Shown here piece by piece: positions 52,137 to 64,000 of a stretch of 64,000 bases of DNA. Origin of the DNA: Octopus sinensis (Eukaryota). The notes beneath the pieces are model-generated. The model saw only the letters and a program-made list of their open reading frames with translations, had not been told where the DNA came from and searched no databases. Numbering within the stretch: position 1 is the first letter of the stretch; every line of letters starts with the position of its first letter. The translations under genes were made by a program, and so were the position numbers. The stretch is taken from the NCBI RefSeq assembly GCF_006345805.1, contig NC_043000.1:50096001-50160000 (forward strand), given 5' to 3'.

Positions 52137-55100
52137 CATACACACATATATATAGAGAGAGGACAGGCTTCATTCAGTTTCTATCTACCAAATCTACTCA
52201 CAAGGCTTTGGTTGGCCCATGGCTATAGTCAAAGATACTTGCCCAAGGTGCCACACAACAGGACTGTATCCAAAGCCATGTGACTGAAAATTGAACTTTG
52301 CACTGATGGAATAACACAATTTTTTTTCCTTGGACAATTGCATCTTCTTATACTAACCAATGTACAATCTTGAATATTTTTTGAAGATTTCTCGTATAAA
52401 GTGGGGACAGTCAATTACATGAATGGAATTTATTTTATCAACCCCTAGCAGGATTAAGGGAAACTTGATCTCAGATTTGTACTCAAAGCATAAAGATACA
52501 ACTAAATACCTCAAGGCATTTTTTTGACACTATATAACACATTCACTTCATGATTCTTTCATCACTACTTCAAGAAGAAGAGTGAGAACTAAACTTTGGT
52601 AATGAGATCAGAATAAGGTAGAGACATAGCAGTTGTGTCCCATGCTGTCAAATGTAAAATATAAATAACAGTATTAGTACTTTAATACAGTATTGCTCAT
52701 TGCAAACTTATATTGCTATTTGACCTGCTCAATATCAAACCAACCTCAAATTATATGCAACCATATGAAATAAAGTATACACAAGTTAATCTGATCCTAC
52801 ACATGTAGACTTATAGCATTAGTCACTAATTCATTTTAATGATCTCCCTCACCACATACTCCTCCCTACATTAACACTAACTTGCTAAATCAAGAAAACA
52901 ATTATTATTATTGTCCATGAATATTTTGTGTTTTACTCTCTTTTTTGTTTTATTTTTCTTTTGCCATAACCTCTTCATTTTTTCCCCCATTTTTTTTTTT
53001 TCTCTTTTTTAAAGAGAAAGCAAGCATCTGACAAATTCCTTCCGTCTTTCATGAGAAATGCATTAAACTTTGTCATGTTCTTTTCTGAAAAGCTTTCTAA
53101 CAACACAATATTATGAAGTAGAGTTTTAGAAAACCTGAGCAAACATGGATAAATCACAAAGACCGCATACAAAACACGGAAAATGCTCGCAGCTACTGGA
53201 AGCTAAAAATTTGTTAAAATTATTTATATCTTCCTTCAAGCAAAAAAAAAAAAATAAAAAGTTGAACAATCTCAAAATGTTCAGTCTCAAGTGATTGCAG
53301 AAATATTTTCAGAGTTTCAAGACTTCATCTTTTATCAGCTGTGCTGTGTGACACCATGTTTTTGTGAAGATGAGATTAGTGCATACTAACAAGAAAATAT
53401 CATCTACTCAAATCTTTTAGCCTAAGGTTAGTATTTTCTGACCACCTTACAATTTTATGAATATAATAAACACATAGCTGAACATACACACACACACACA
53501 TTTACATAACCACCTATACATGCACATGTAATCACATACACACACACAAACTGAAATACAGAGCCTAAATACTTTACTGTCTTCCTTCAAAAATGGAACA
53601 AATTATTTCTATTTCCCATAGTAACAAACGGCATCTTTAGTTTGTTTTTCTTACAAATTATCATATTAGGAAGAAGAAGATACTGAGCAAAACCTATGGG
53701 AGACATCTTGGATAAGAAGGATGAGTGGGGAGATAATGGGTATTCATTTGATTAACAGGAGGAAAGCAAAAGAATTTAAAGCAAGTGTATCATGGAACTC
53801 TGTAAAGAAGGAAGAGATCCACAAAGTACACTAGCCAATACAATTAAATGCTGCATGTCGTGAATCATGTAAATTTTAGGTACAGAAACCCAGCACGAGT
53901 CACAAGAAATATACACAAAAGTGTGAAAAATAGCATAGATGAAGCTAGCATCAACATATTTAGCTAGCGAGTGAGAAAAAAATAATGTTCAAGAAGCTCC
54001 ATGTAATTGCATACACATATGTTATTCGAACATATGTGTTAGTGCATGTATAAATGTGTGTATATGCTTGTGTTTTTATGTATATGTGTTTATATAGAGG
54101 CACACGTTTATGTGTGTCTTTGTAACTGCATGTATGCAGTGGGTAGGTGTGTGTACACATGAAATAGGAAAACAGTCAATACCATTATTATTTTAAAACT
54201 TCAACAACTGTGTCTATAAGAATTATAAATGCATAGAACTACTTAATCATCAACAGCAAGTTGTAGAGCATAATTAATAATAATAATCCTTTCTACTGTG
54301 GGAACAAGGCTTGAAATTTGTGGGGAGGGTTAAGATGATCACATCAACTCCAAGACATGACTGGTCCTTAATTTATCGACCCAAAGGATGAAAGGCAAAG
54401 TCGACCACAGCGGAATTTGAACTCAGAACATAAAGACGGACAAACTGTTGCTAAGCATTTTGCCCGGCATGTTAATAATTCTGCCAGCTCACTGCCTCAA
54501 TAATTAATAAAGATACTCAATAATTATTATTATACTATAATAATTACTAATAATCAATAATCATTTTTATAATCACATAATATGAATAATAAGGTGAAAG
54601 CTATCTCATCATGATACATGTACACTTATGTCTATGTTTGTGCATGTACATGTGTATATGACAGATTGCAACCTGATGTTAGTAACATATAATCCAGTAC
54701 AACCTGATAGATGTGCCTCAGCAACTAAACTGGTACTCCAGCCAGGCTAGTTCAGTGACAGGGATTTCTTGAAATCCAGCAGGACAATAAGATCTTGTCA
54801 AAAAGGCAGATGAACCAAATATTGGTCACTGACAACCTAAGAATAGTACAACAGAGACAGAAGTATTTGAGGTGGTGAAAGGGTGTACAGTAAGATCCCT
54901 ATGGGAGATACCAATCCCTAGTTTTTGGTCACATCCCTATAGAAGAGAAATAGAAAGGGCTTCTTAGTTGTAGCTAGGGCAACTTTTTTTTGTTGTCCCA
55001 CAACCTTGGAGGTATGTTCATTGATGATTTGTTGATAGGAGCAGTGACAACAACACCACCACTTGTAACTCACAACTTTCTGTAAACTGCAAATGGAAAC

Positions 55101-56270
55101 ACCCAGAAACACATGCAGGTGCTCTCACTCACTCAGTCACTCTCTCTCTCTCACATATGCACACACACGCACACACATGCACACACACACGCACACACAC
55201 TTTTTCCATCTTCCATATGCCAGAGTTGCTTTGGTTATCACAGGACCACAGCAATGACACACACACATTTTCTAACTTTTTCATATATTCCTAATTCAGT
55301 ATAGAACAAATTCTGTGTTTATGCTTTTTATTGAGGCAGAAACCCATATCCATAGCTGTCCTCTTGTCTCTAGAAAATCAGACTCTCTTTTCCTTAATGG
55401 CATATCAGTTGCAGAGCATTCTTTATTTTTGATATATTTCTCGTTTGACATTGATTGCAGTTACTGCAAGGCATTGGTTTATCCTTCTCTCAAAAGGAAG
55501 ATGATTTCAATAAATCAAGAATTTATCTTGTATGCTATTTGATATACCTCTAGTCATCTTTATTCTTTAAAACCATATACACTCCACAGGATACTCTGAG
55601 TTTTTCTTCACTTGCTTTCATTTTCATACACACATTGTTTAAATCTACATGTGTATGTGTGCATGCGCGCGCGTGTGTGTATACTTTTTAATTTTGAGTT
55701 AAATTCTGTACAGTTGTTTGTAAATACATTTACATATTTTAGAAGTTTGAGAATATTTTTGCTTCAAGCCAATTTTCCATTTATCCTAAAAAAAAAAAAT
55801 AATAATTGACTTGACCTAATTTAATGAAGATCACTCATAAAATCATGATAAACAGATGCAAAAAAAAATACATATAAATAATAAGAATTTGGAAGTCTAT
55901 AAATTGTTTGTGTATCTATCGAAAAAAGGGGGAAAAAAGGAAGAAACAAGGAAAGTTTTAAAATTTTTACTGACGAGAAGGCCTCATTAGCTGATTAAAT
56001 AAGAAAACCTATCAAAATAATGTTGTTTATGGTGTAGAAATTTAGCATGAAAATGATTTTTAATAGTTCCAGTGCTCAGCTTTCTCCAGCCCTACCATAC
56101 ATGCACACATATACATATTCATATAGACTGATATTCTTATCATTTTGTTAAACTACATACTCTTTTAAAAAGTGTGTTTACAACTTTATGGCTTGAAATG
56201 TTCAGGTTCTTTCAAGATCATAAACATTTGTTCGAATAACTTTCAAATTTATCTTTCCTGTACCTGTAAA

Positions 56271-56500
56271 CAGGGCCAGTTTTAAGCCAGTTAGATTTGC
56301 TCAAATTGGGCCTTGCACTGCATGAGCAGTATTTAATAGTATATTATTGCAGCTAATGGTGGAGCCTCCAGTCATCAATGCTTTTTGCTTGGCACTGGTG
56401 TACTACATGAAGCATAATACATCAACTTCAGCTTTTATAGAGTAGAGGGCCCCATTGACAATTCCCTAATTGGGCCCTATGCTTCCTAGCACTGGCCCAG
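56271..56500. mobile_element. hAT-type MITE (old)
   Basis: Ends cagggccagt.../...actggcccag. Flanks cctgtaaa and cttgtaga look like a decayed 8-bp TSD. Confidence 0.5.
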
Positions 56501-58059
56501 CTTGTAGAGTGGTCAAGATTACTGACTGAGTGAGGTACTGCACTTAACTGACATCTCATAGTTTTCTTTACCTGATTAGCTGACATATTCAACACCATTC
56601 AGCCACCATAAATTCTTCATATCCTTTGGAATGCAACACAATTAAACTCAAAAAGGTCAGTTTTCAGCAAATCAGAAAAATGCCTCATGATATTTATTCC
56701 AGCTCTTTACATTCTGAGCTTAAATTCCTGAGCACAACTTCAGCAAAGTTGTTCTCGGGGATACCTAAAGGTACCAGTCAAGTACCTGGATCGATATAAT
56801 TGACTAAATCATCCTCTCCTCAATAAAATACTGACTTGTGACAAAATCAGAAACCATTATCATCATCATCATCTTCAAATACTCATCAAGAAGACTTCCA
56901 AAGCATAGAAGTCTTTTACTGCAAATACTTTCCTTTTTGTAGTAGTATCATCTTTATTATAGTTCACATAAAGAAAAAAAACAAAAACATTTTATGAGGA
57001 TTCTAGTGGAATTATTAGATCAAATAGCGATTCTACCATTTATATTAAATATATTATCTTGTGAAGAATAAGGTGGAACGCTTGTATTGCCTTACACTGC
57101 TTACATCATTATCAACTCGCATCTGTGTATGTGTGTCCATGTGTATGTGTCCATTTGTATGTGTGTGTGTGTGTTCTTTTCTTGATATCTGCAATTCTTG
57201 TTTTAGGTTCAGTCTCACAACATGGCACTTTGAGCAAGTATCTACTACTATAGCTGAGACTATCAAGGCTTCAGGGGTGGATATGGTAGACAAAAACTGA
57301 AAGGATCCTGTGTGAGGATGTATGTGTGAGAGATTTGGTATTTTCCTCATGTCTACACTTGTATTTAACTCATAGGTTTTAAACATTGGCTTTGCATACA
57401 GTAACATTGCTTTGCAGTGTACTCTGGAAGACTGTCCAGGTTGTTCATTGTTTAATAGTCTGAAAGATTACTGAAACAGTTGGGGTTAGCAGCAGAAAGG
57501 GCATCCAGCTGCAGAAAACTGTCCCAATATACTCTCATCTGAGCTATGCAAATATGTCTTTAAATTTAGGCACAAGGCCAACAAGTTTGGGGAAGGGGAC
57601 AGGTCGATTATATCGACTCCAGTAATCAATTGGTACTTCTTTTATTGACTCTGAAAGGATGAAATGCAAAGTCAGCTTCAGTCGAATTTGAACTCAGAAT
57701 GTAAAGACAGGCAAAATGCATTGTGCCTGGCATGCTAATGTTTCTGCCGGTTTGCCACACCTTGAACTATGCAAATATTGAGAAGTAGATGATAATAATA
57801 AGTATTTGTTTAAAGGTCTATCATTTATCATGTTAGTGGTATGCATGGTATTTTTAGTTTAGGCCTCATCTGTCCTGAGGGAACAGAGCTATGATGGAAA
57901 GCATTCAAGTTGTTACCATCTCATCATTTTCCAGTGCACAAGGATTTCTTTCCTAAGATGGTGGGATATGACTGGAGGGATATTTGAGGAAAAAATGATC
58001 ATTGTTACTATCATCTGTGACAGCTGTTTCATTCAGACACAGAACTTTAGAACTGTTAC

Positions 58060-58635
58060 CATTATTTTTAAGCATGATGAATGATAGATCTGGAGAGATT
58101 GTAGAGAGGAGCTGGAATGAAGTAACAAAGATGTGTGTTGTGTACAAGATGTTAAATGGAAGAGATCCTCACTCAGACTCCATAAAGGTTACAATCTTGT
58201 ATACAAATTCTTCTGAGAAACAGAGCTGGTGCATTGAAATAGTCATATTGTTGGTAGTGAAATTGTGGTAATCAAGTATGTGATAATTAAGTATAAATTT
58301 AGTCATAGGCAACACAATGTAGATCTCAGCACATACACCAACTAGGATTGGCAAATGATCAAACAAAACCACTTCCATATGGACCTCTGGCAGATTAATT
58401 AATAACCCGCAGCAGTAATATTGTTATGTTTGATGAATTTAAGGAACATGTTAGGCAACGCTAGAAAGAGTGTTGTAATGTATATGAAAGTCACCATTAT
58501 GGCACAGAGGATAGCAAGGGATAAGATTCTTGAAGTTCTGTGATGTAAGTGACCAAACAACTTGCAACATTAGCTTCAAAAATCTGGGCAACCATTTGGT
58601 CCCATACCTCTAAGACAAACATGCAGGCCAAACAC
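58060..58635 (+). mobile_element. Old decayed RTE endonuclease-region fragment
   Basis: 'tgaatttaaggaacatgttagg..cttgaagttctgtgatgtaagtgac..ttgcaacattagcttcaaaaa..aaccatttggtcccatacc' resembles 33540-33730. Upstream 'agatctggagagattgtagag' resembles the RSGEIVE start of RTE endonucleases. Confidence 0.55.
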
Positions 58636-60551
58636 AGTTCATCAGAACATGAAATATATGGGTGTGATCATGAAGCCTTTCCCTAATGAATAATATACTA
58701 ATCAATATATACCAGTAATTAATGATATCAGAATATGATGGATATAGACATGTAAGATAATCTGGTGGGAAGAAAAGATGGAAAAAGAAAACTCCCCCAG
58801 ATGTCCATAGATTCCAAGAAATAGAAGATGATTGTATGCTGAGCAAGAGGAGGCAGAGACCTAACATGGAAAACATGAAGAGTTTCTGTCGACCAAATCT
58901 ACTCACATGGCTTTTTTTCATCCCAGGGCTGCATTTAAAAGACACTTGCCCAAAATGCCACCTCACAGTGAGACCAAAACTGAAAATATGTGGCTGAGAA
59001 GTGAATGCACATAATTCATAATCACACAGTTCTTTGTAGAAATCAAATACTTTCACATGCATAAATATTCCTATATATATACATATATATACATCTAACA
59101 TAAATTTCAATATACATACACATTAAACACATACACACATAACTTCAGTCTATTTGAATACATACATACATTTATTAATACCCACACATATTCAACATGT
59201 GTTTGTGTGTGGGTGGGTTTGGGTGTATATGGGTGCGGGTGTTAAATACCTGTATACATGAATTAGAGTTGCCTGATTTTTCATATTATTTATCAAAATG
59301 CTTCAGGGATAGTTTTTGAAGACAAGTATTTCTGAATCTACATTATCATCTATGTAAAATTCTTCAAAGATATTGCCATTGGAAAGTTTTCCTTAGTTTT
59401 TGAGATGATAGTTATGAGAGGTCTACAACAACAAAATGATATAGCAACTTGGAAGAATGGCTATTCTATAAAGCTGCTATTTCCATGCCAATTTTATCAT
59501 TACAATGTTAAGCAGCAGTAGCAGTAAGATAGATTCAAAATATTATATCACTATTTATCCTATATAAATAAAAATCTAAAAGACATATTCTAATGGATAA
59601 TTTTGGTTAGAATTTCAGATATTGAAATTAAATAAATACTATCAAAGTTTTAAAAACAAACCTAAATAATGAAAATGGGAAAAGCTGTTTTTATCTGCTA
59701 CTGTAAATGAAATTCACCACCTTCCTCTCATAACATTATTATTTATTTTTGATATTTTTTCAAAAATAAGCTACATAATTTGATAGATCGGACTTAATAA
59801 GACAGATAATAAAATCTCATAAAAATGCATATTGATTATTTTTTGATATTGGTGTTTCATTCTGAAAACCTGCATAGAGATTTCAATATCAGAAAAAAGA
59901 TTATATTTTAAGAGCGTAGAGAATACTAACAATAGAACAGATGTCAGCAATGGATTGATTAGAAGAATGAATGAATGTTTTATAGAAGATTTAGGTTGTG
60001 AAAATATCTGACTTATTATAACATATGAGTTTGGTGTCTTAACATTTCCAGAGTAAAACGTCAAGGAATATAATACTTTGTTTTTAGTCTAATAAGCTAC
60101 AAAATAGTTATCACACCATAGCAGTTATCTGTGGGTATCTATCTGCCAAATTTCTCTGAAGCAAACAAAGCTCTAAGTCAATCATGGACAAACTGCAACC
60201 CATGGGACTTTCTGAATGGCATGCCTAATGAAAAATTACCTTAAATTGTTTTAGCATCGCAGCCCACCTAGTGATGAACCACTTCTCATGTAGTCTGTCT
60301 CTCAAGAACAGTTGCCCATACTTGTTCTAGATGCATTTTTTAATTTGCCTTCTCTTTCTTTCCTACTCATGTTAGCGATTCATCATTGACCAAACAACAT
60401 AGGAGCCCTTATCCTCAACCTGCTAGAAATAGCACCCCTTTTTCACTCAAATCAACCCTTGTGGTCTTACAGAAAGAAAGTTACAATATAGTTCTCAATA
60501 CTACAAATATATATTTAAAAATTGTATTAAAAAATACAATTTGGTATTTTT

Positions 60552-60776
60552 TTAATACAGCATTTAGATTAAGCTGTCGAATGTAATGCTTATTTATTCA
60601 CATTCTTTTGAATTAATCATGCATCATCTCATAACTTCCAGGCATTAACAATGTGATTATTTATGTTTACAATGACATTGTAGAGGAGGTGTGAGAAACT
60701 AGATTTGGCCACTTTGAACATGCAATAGGCAGAATATTATGGCCAGACATGGTCAGTTTAAATGCTAAAGGATAAA
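60552..60776. mobile_element. piggyBac-type MITE, family M1 (degenerate)
   Basis: Body 'atgtaatgcttatttattcacatt...ggtcagtttaaatgctaaagg' is shared with the 3962 and 16463 copies. Confidence 0.65.
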
Positions 60777-61087
60777 GCACCCCCACCAAAAAACAATAAT
60801 AAAATGGTTCCCTGCACTTAACCCTTCAATTACACTCTATTATTGTATAACAAGTACTGAATGTGAAATTACATTAGAGAGGCTTTTGTTTTTAAGATTA
60901 ACAATAGACAGCAGTAAACATAGTAAGTAAATTATGCAAACTTTCAAAACTTTGCATAGAGCCTTGATACAGCTGGCACTATATATATATATAAATGTAT
61001 ATTAGTGACAGAGACAATATTAATACAGAGAGGAAATATTTAACCCCATTTAAATGTGGATGTTCTATTAGAACAAACTTTTCTACT

Positions 61088-61203
61088 GTAGATACCATGA
61101 GAGAAATTCTCATACAGGCTTTTGGTGCAAAATGTACTCAGGGATAAACAAGAGTGCATTTTGCACTAAAAGCCTATATAAGAGTTTTTCTTGTGGGATC
61201 TAC
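61088..61203. repeat. Hairpin or fold-back MITE-like inverted repeat (~52-bp arms)
   Basis: gtagataccatgagagaaattctcatacaggcttttggtgcaaaatgtactc / gagtgcattttgcactaaaagcctatataagagtttttcttgtgggatctac with a 12-nt loop; mismatches are mostly transitions. Confidence 0.75.
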
Positions 61204-62612
61204 CATAGCAAATAAGCTTGCACTATGTGAACTTTAATAAATCCAGCACTAAAACAAATTCTGTGTTACTTTCTTTTCTTTGTGTCAAAAGAATGCTTAA
61301 TTTGTTTAATGTATAATCTGCGTCTGGCTCTGTGTTTAAGCAAAAAAAATGGCAAGAGTAAAGGTCTGACCAACATCTTGCTAACTACATTAATAACCTT
61401 TTTTTACTTTTTCAATTTTTTTCCCTTTATTCTTAATGGTTTAGTGAATCAGATTGATCCCTATATTTATTTTAGGTCTCACACTTAATCTATTAATCTC
61501 TTTTTACCCCACCCCACCCCACCCCCATTACATTAGAGAAATGTAAATAAACCAAATTGTAAGAGAGGAATACACACACATACAGACATATGTAGGGTTT
61601 CAGTACAGTTTCTGAGTATCAAATTCACAATTATTATAGTTCTTTTCCAAGGTGATGATTGAGACTATTGTATAACCCCCAAGTCAAGCATGAATAAACA
61701 ATCCAATGATCAAAGAGATTCCAACTGTGACCACGCCATCTTTTATTCAGATCTAGTGCATTCAGGACTACATTATCCATTGTGACCTTTTCATTTTGTT
61801 AAGATGTTAAGATGTGATTTAGACCACCATATTATATTGCTCATCAACATCCTAAATTGTTGATGTCATTCAGTTAAATCAAAGACAACTCTGATCAAAA
61901 GGATTTAATGATCAAAGACATATTAGCCAGTATATTTCCAGTATTTGTATCCCTAATGTTACATTATCCAATATAGTTCTTCCACTTTTTAAGACGGTAA
62001 AGTGTAATTTGAGGGTAATTAGCTGCAGTTTCTAACATGTCCAGTTACCACATTCGAGCTCTCTTTTCATTTGGCTTGTGCGTGATGACTTATCTCAAGT
62101 TGGTGGTTTGACTGAAGCAATAAGCCGATAAACCAATAAAAATATTGGCTAATGATGAAAGTAGCAAAACATGATTATGATGATGGAGATAGATTAGATC
62201 TCAGAGAAATTTAGGCTTGGGAGTGGGGAAGAAGAGGTGTGAGAGAAACTGTTTGTGAGAGGCTGTTCTGTAGACTTATTCAATAAACAGCAGCACATAA
62301 AACAAATATTAAACTAATAATGATGCTAACAGTAATGTATAGTGAATAATTGATATTTTTGTGGGATTGACTAGCAGATAATTAGTATACTGAAAGGGTT
62401 AAGGAGAAAGCTTAACTATGTCAAATACTGGGGTCTTTGTGATAAAATTCCTGCATTTATAAAATGAAATTATAAAACTAGATACAAAGGATCATAAACA
62501 AGAAAGAAACAAATTTGAAATCTAATTTAATTAAAATGATGTTGGTTTTTCCATGGAAAAAGGAATTCATTCTAATTTAGTTTTACTAATTAAAGTTAAA
62601 AACGTTAGTTAG

Positions 62613-62760
62613 GACGATGATGATGATGATTATGATGATGATGAAGAACGATGATGGTGATTACAATGATGGTGAAGAACGATGATGAGGAGAATGATGA
62701 TGATGATGAAGAATGATGATGATGATAATGAAGATGATGATGATGATGATGATGATGACA
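62613..62760. repeat. Degenerate (GAT)n trinucleotide tract
   Basis: Read directly. Confidence 0.9.
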
Positions 62761-63713
62761 ATGGTGGTGTCATGACATGGAATTCTAAGTAATTGTCGTT
62801 GTGCAAACATATATAGAAGGCACCAACAGTGATAATTACATTAAGGCAGAATATTTCAGTTAAGTTATTAAGTTTCCTTTCATTACTGTTGGAATTAACA
62901 AAAGCAAAAATTAAATAAAATGATGGAAAAAAAAAAACCTCACAACCAATCCATAAAACAAAAGAGAAAATATCAGTTTTGTTATTAGAAAATAGCCCAT
63001 TGACAAACATGGCCTTCTACTGATGAAAAGCGAAAGGGAGAAAAACATATATCTTGAAGATAAAAAAACAAAAAGTATTTTATTCTCACTCTCAACAAGA
63101 AATTAGATGAAAGTTTATTTTTGTTTATTTATTTATATATTTGATTTTTATATGTTTTAGGAAATGTACAAGACAATGGCTTGTTGTCACCACTGCTCTA
63201 CATTTCATGGATATGTATTATTTTTAATGAAATAAAGCATGTAGACTGTAGTTAATTTAGATGTGAAAGCATTTGGTAAGAAAGGAATGTCTTTTTGTTT
63301 TTTGGGGTTTTTTTTAATACAAACTTTAGACAATATACAATTCGAAATCAAAGAGCATTTTGCTTTTAATTATCAAAACGGAAACATTAAAAGAAAAGTA
63401 ATAAAAATTCTACCTTACATTTTTAACTATTTGAACAATACAATTTATTTAGCACAACTCATAATGTAATAATATATGTGTGTTATGTGCATACAAGTTA
63501 TATGCATTTTAGCATAATGTAGACAGTGAGAGAGGAGTGGGGACTCAATATATGGAATAAAGTTTACTTATTCTATTTAAATAAAAGCTTTATTCTATTT
63601 TCACTCCAGGGTTCATGTATCATGTTCGTTAGGTAAACCTCTCTCATTGTTTCATTTCTAATAAAAAAAAAAGGTTTAATACTTGAATTAGCAGCATTAA
63701 CAGTGAAGCTTAT

Positions 63714-63745
<32 letters not shown>

Positions 63746-63827
63746 TGTTAATAATTAATCTGCTAAGTACCAATGCACAAAATTCTCAACGCTTCAGTAC
63801 TCTGGTACTTTTATGTTAATAATAATA

Positions 63828-63860
<33 letters not shown>

Positions 63861-64000
63861 GGGGGAGTTTACGAAAAAAACAAAAGACAGACAGGTGGTG
63901 TACAAAACAAACAGAAGTATTAGTATAACGCTCAGAAATAGAAAAAGTCTTTTACGTTTCGAGCCTATGCTCTTCTACAGAAAGGGACACAGAAAAAAAC
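63861..64000 (-). mobile_element. Penelope-like end fragment with a minimal hammerhead-like motif (runs off the window)
   Basis: Abuts (TA)n. Minus strand 63947-63990 reads gtcccttt CTGTAGA-A gagc-atag-gctc GAAAC GTA aaagac: stem I cttt/aaag, stem II 4 bp, loopless ACGT stem III; the core deviates from CUGANGA at one position. Confidence 0.55.

Noticed and set aside
53300-53345. Minus-strand CTGATAA-aaga-tgaag-tctt-GAAAC-tctg
   Set aside because: A core G is missing and there is no GUH triplet; too degenerate to call.
55224-55245. miR-9-like 'ctttggttatc'
   Set aside because: The match stops after 11 nt and there is no precursor hairpin.

Overview
AT-rich, microsatellite-dense, repeat-dominated eukaryotic DNA. 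From memory of its SINE/RTE/MITE landscape it looks like coleoid cephalopod (Octopus) intergenic or intronic sequence; this is an inference, no search was run. I cannot support any host protein-coding exon, and most ORFs in the track are translated microsatellites or SINE sequence. The only substantial coding sequence is a 5'-truncated, frameshifted RTE-clade LINE (about 33337-36745, +) encoding an AP endonuclease, a reverse transcriptase and a PHD-type finger, plus older RTE and mariner relics. The main signal lies outside the ORF track: several different families of non-coding elements carry type I hammerhead ribozyme motifs (CUGANGA...GAAA...GUH) with a minimal, usually palindromic stem III, and three families have an unusually long (59-70 nt) stem II. 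Many of these elements sit in (TA)n tracts as fold-back or tandem structures. The largest is a 2.8-kb double palindrome (17973-20730) built from a terminally redundant ~594-bp unit with four hammerheads, and there is also a 572-bp tandem with two hammerheads (41838-42930). This fits non-autonomous Penelope-like or retrozyme-type elements targeting TA microsatellites. Homopolymer-type indels and tandem duplications suggest a long-read assembly, so some copy numbers may be artefactual.
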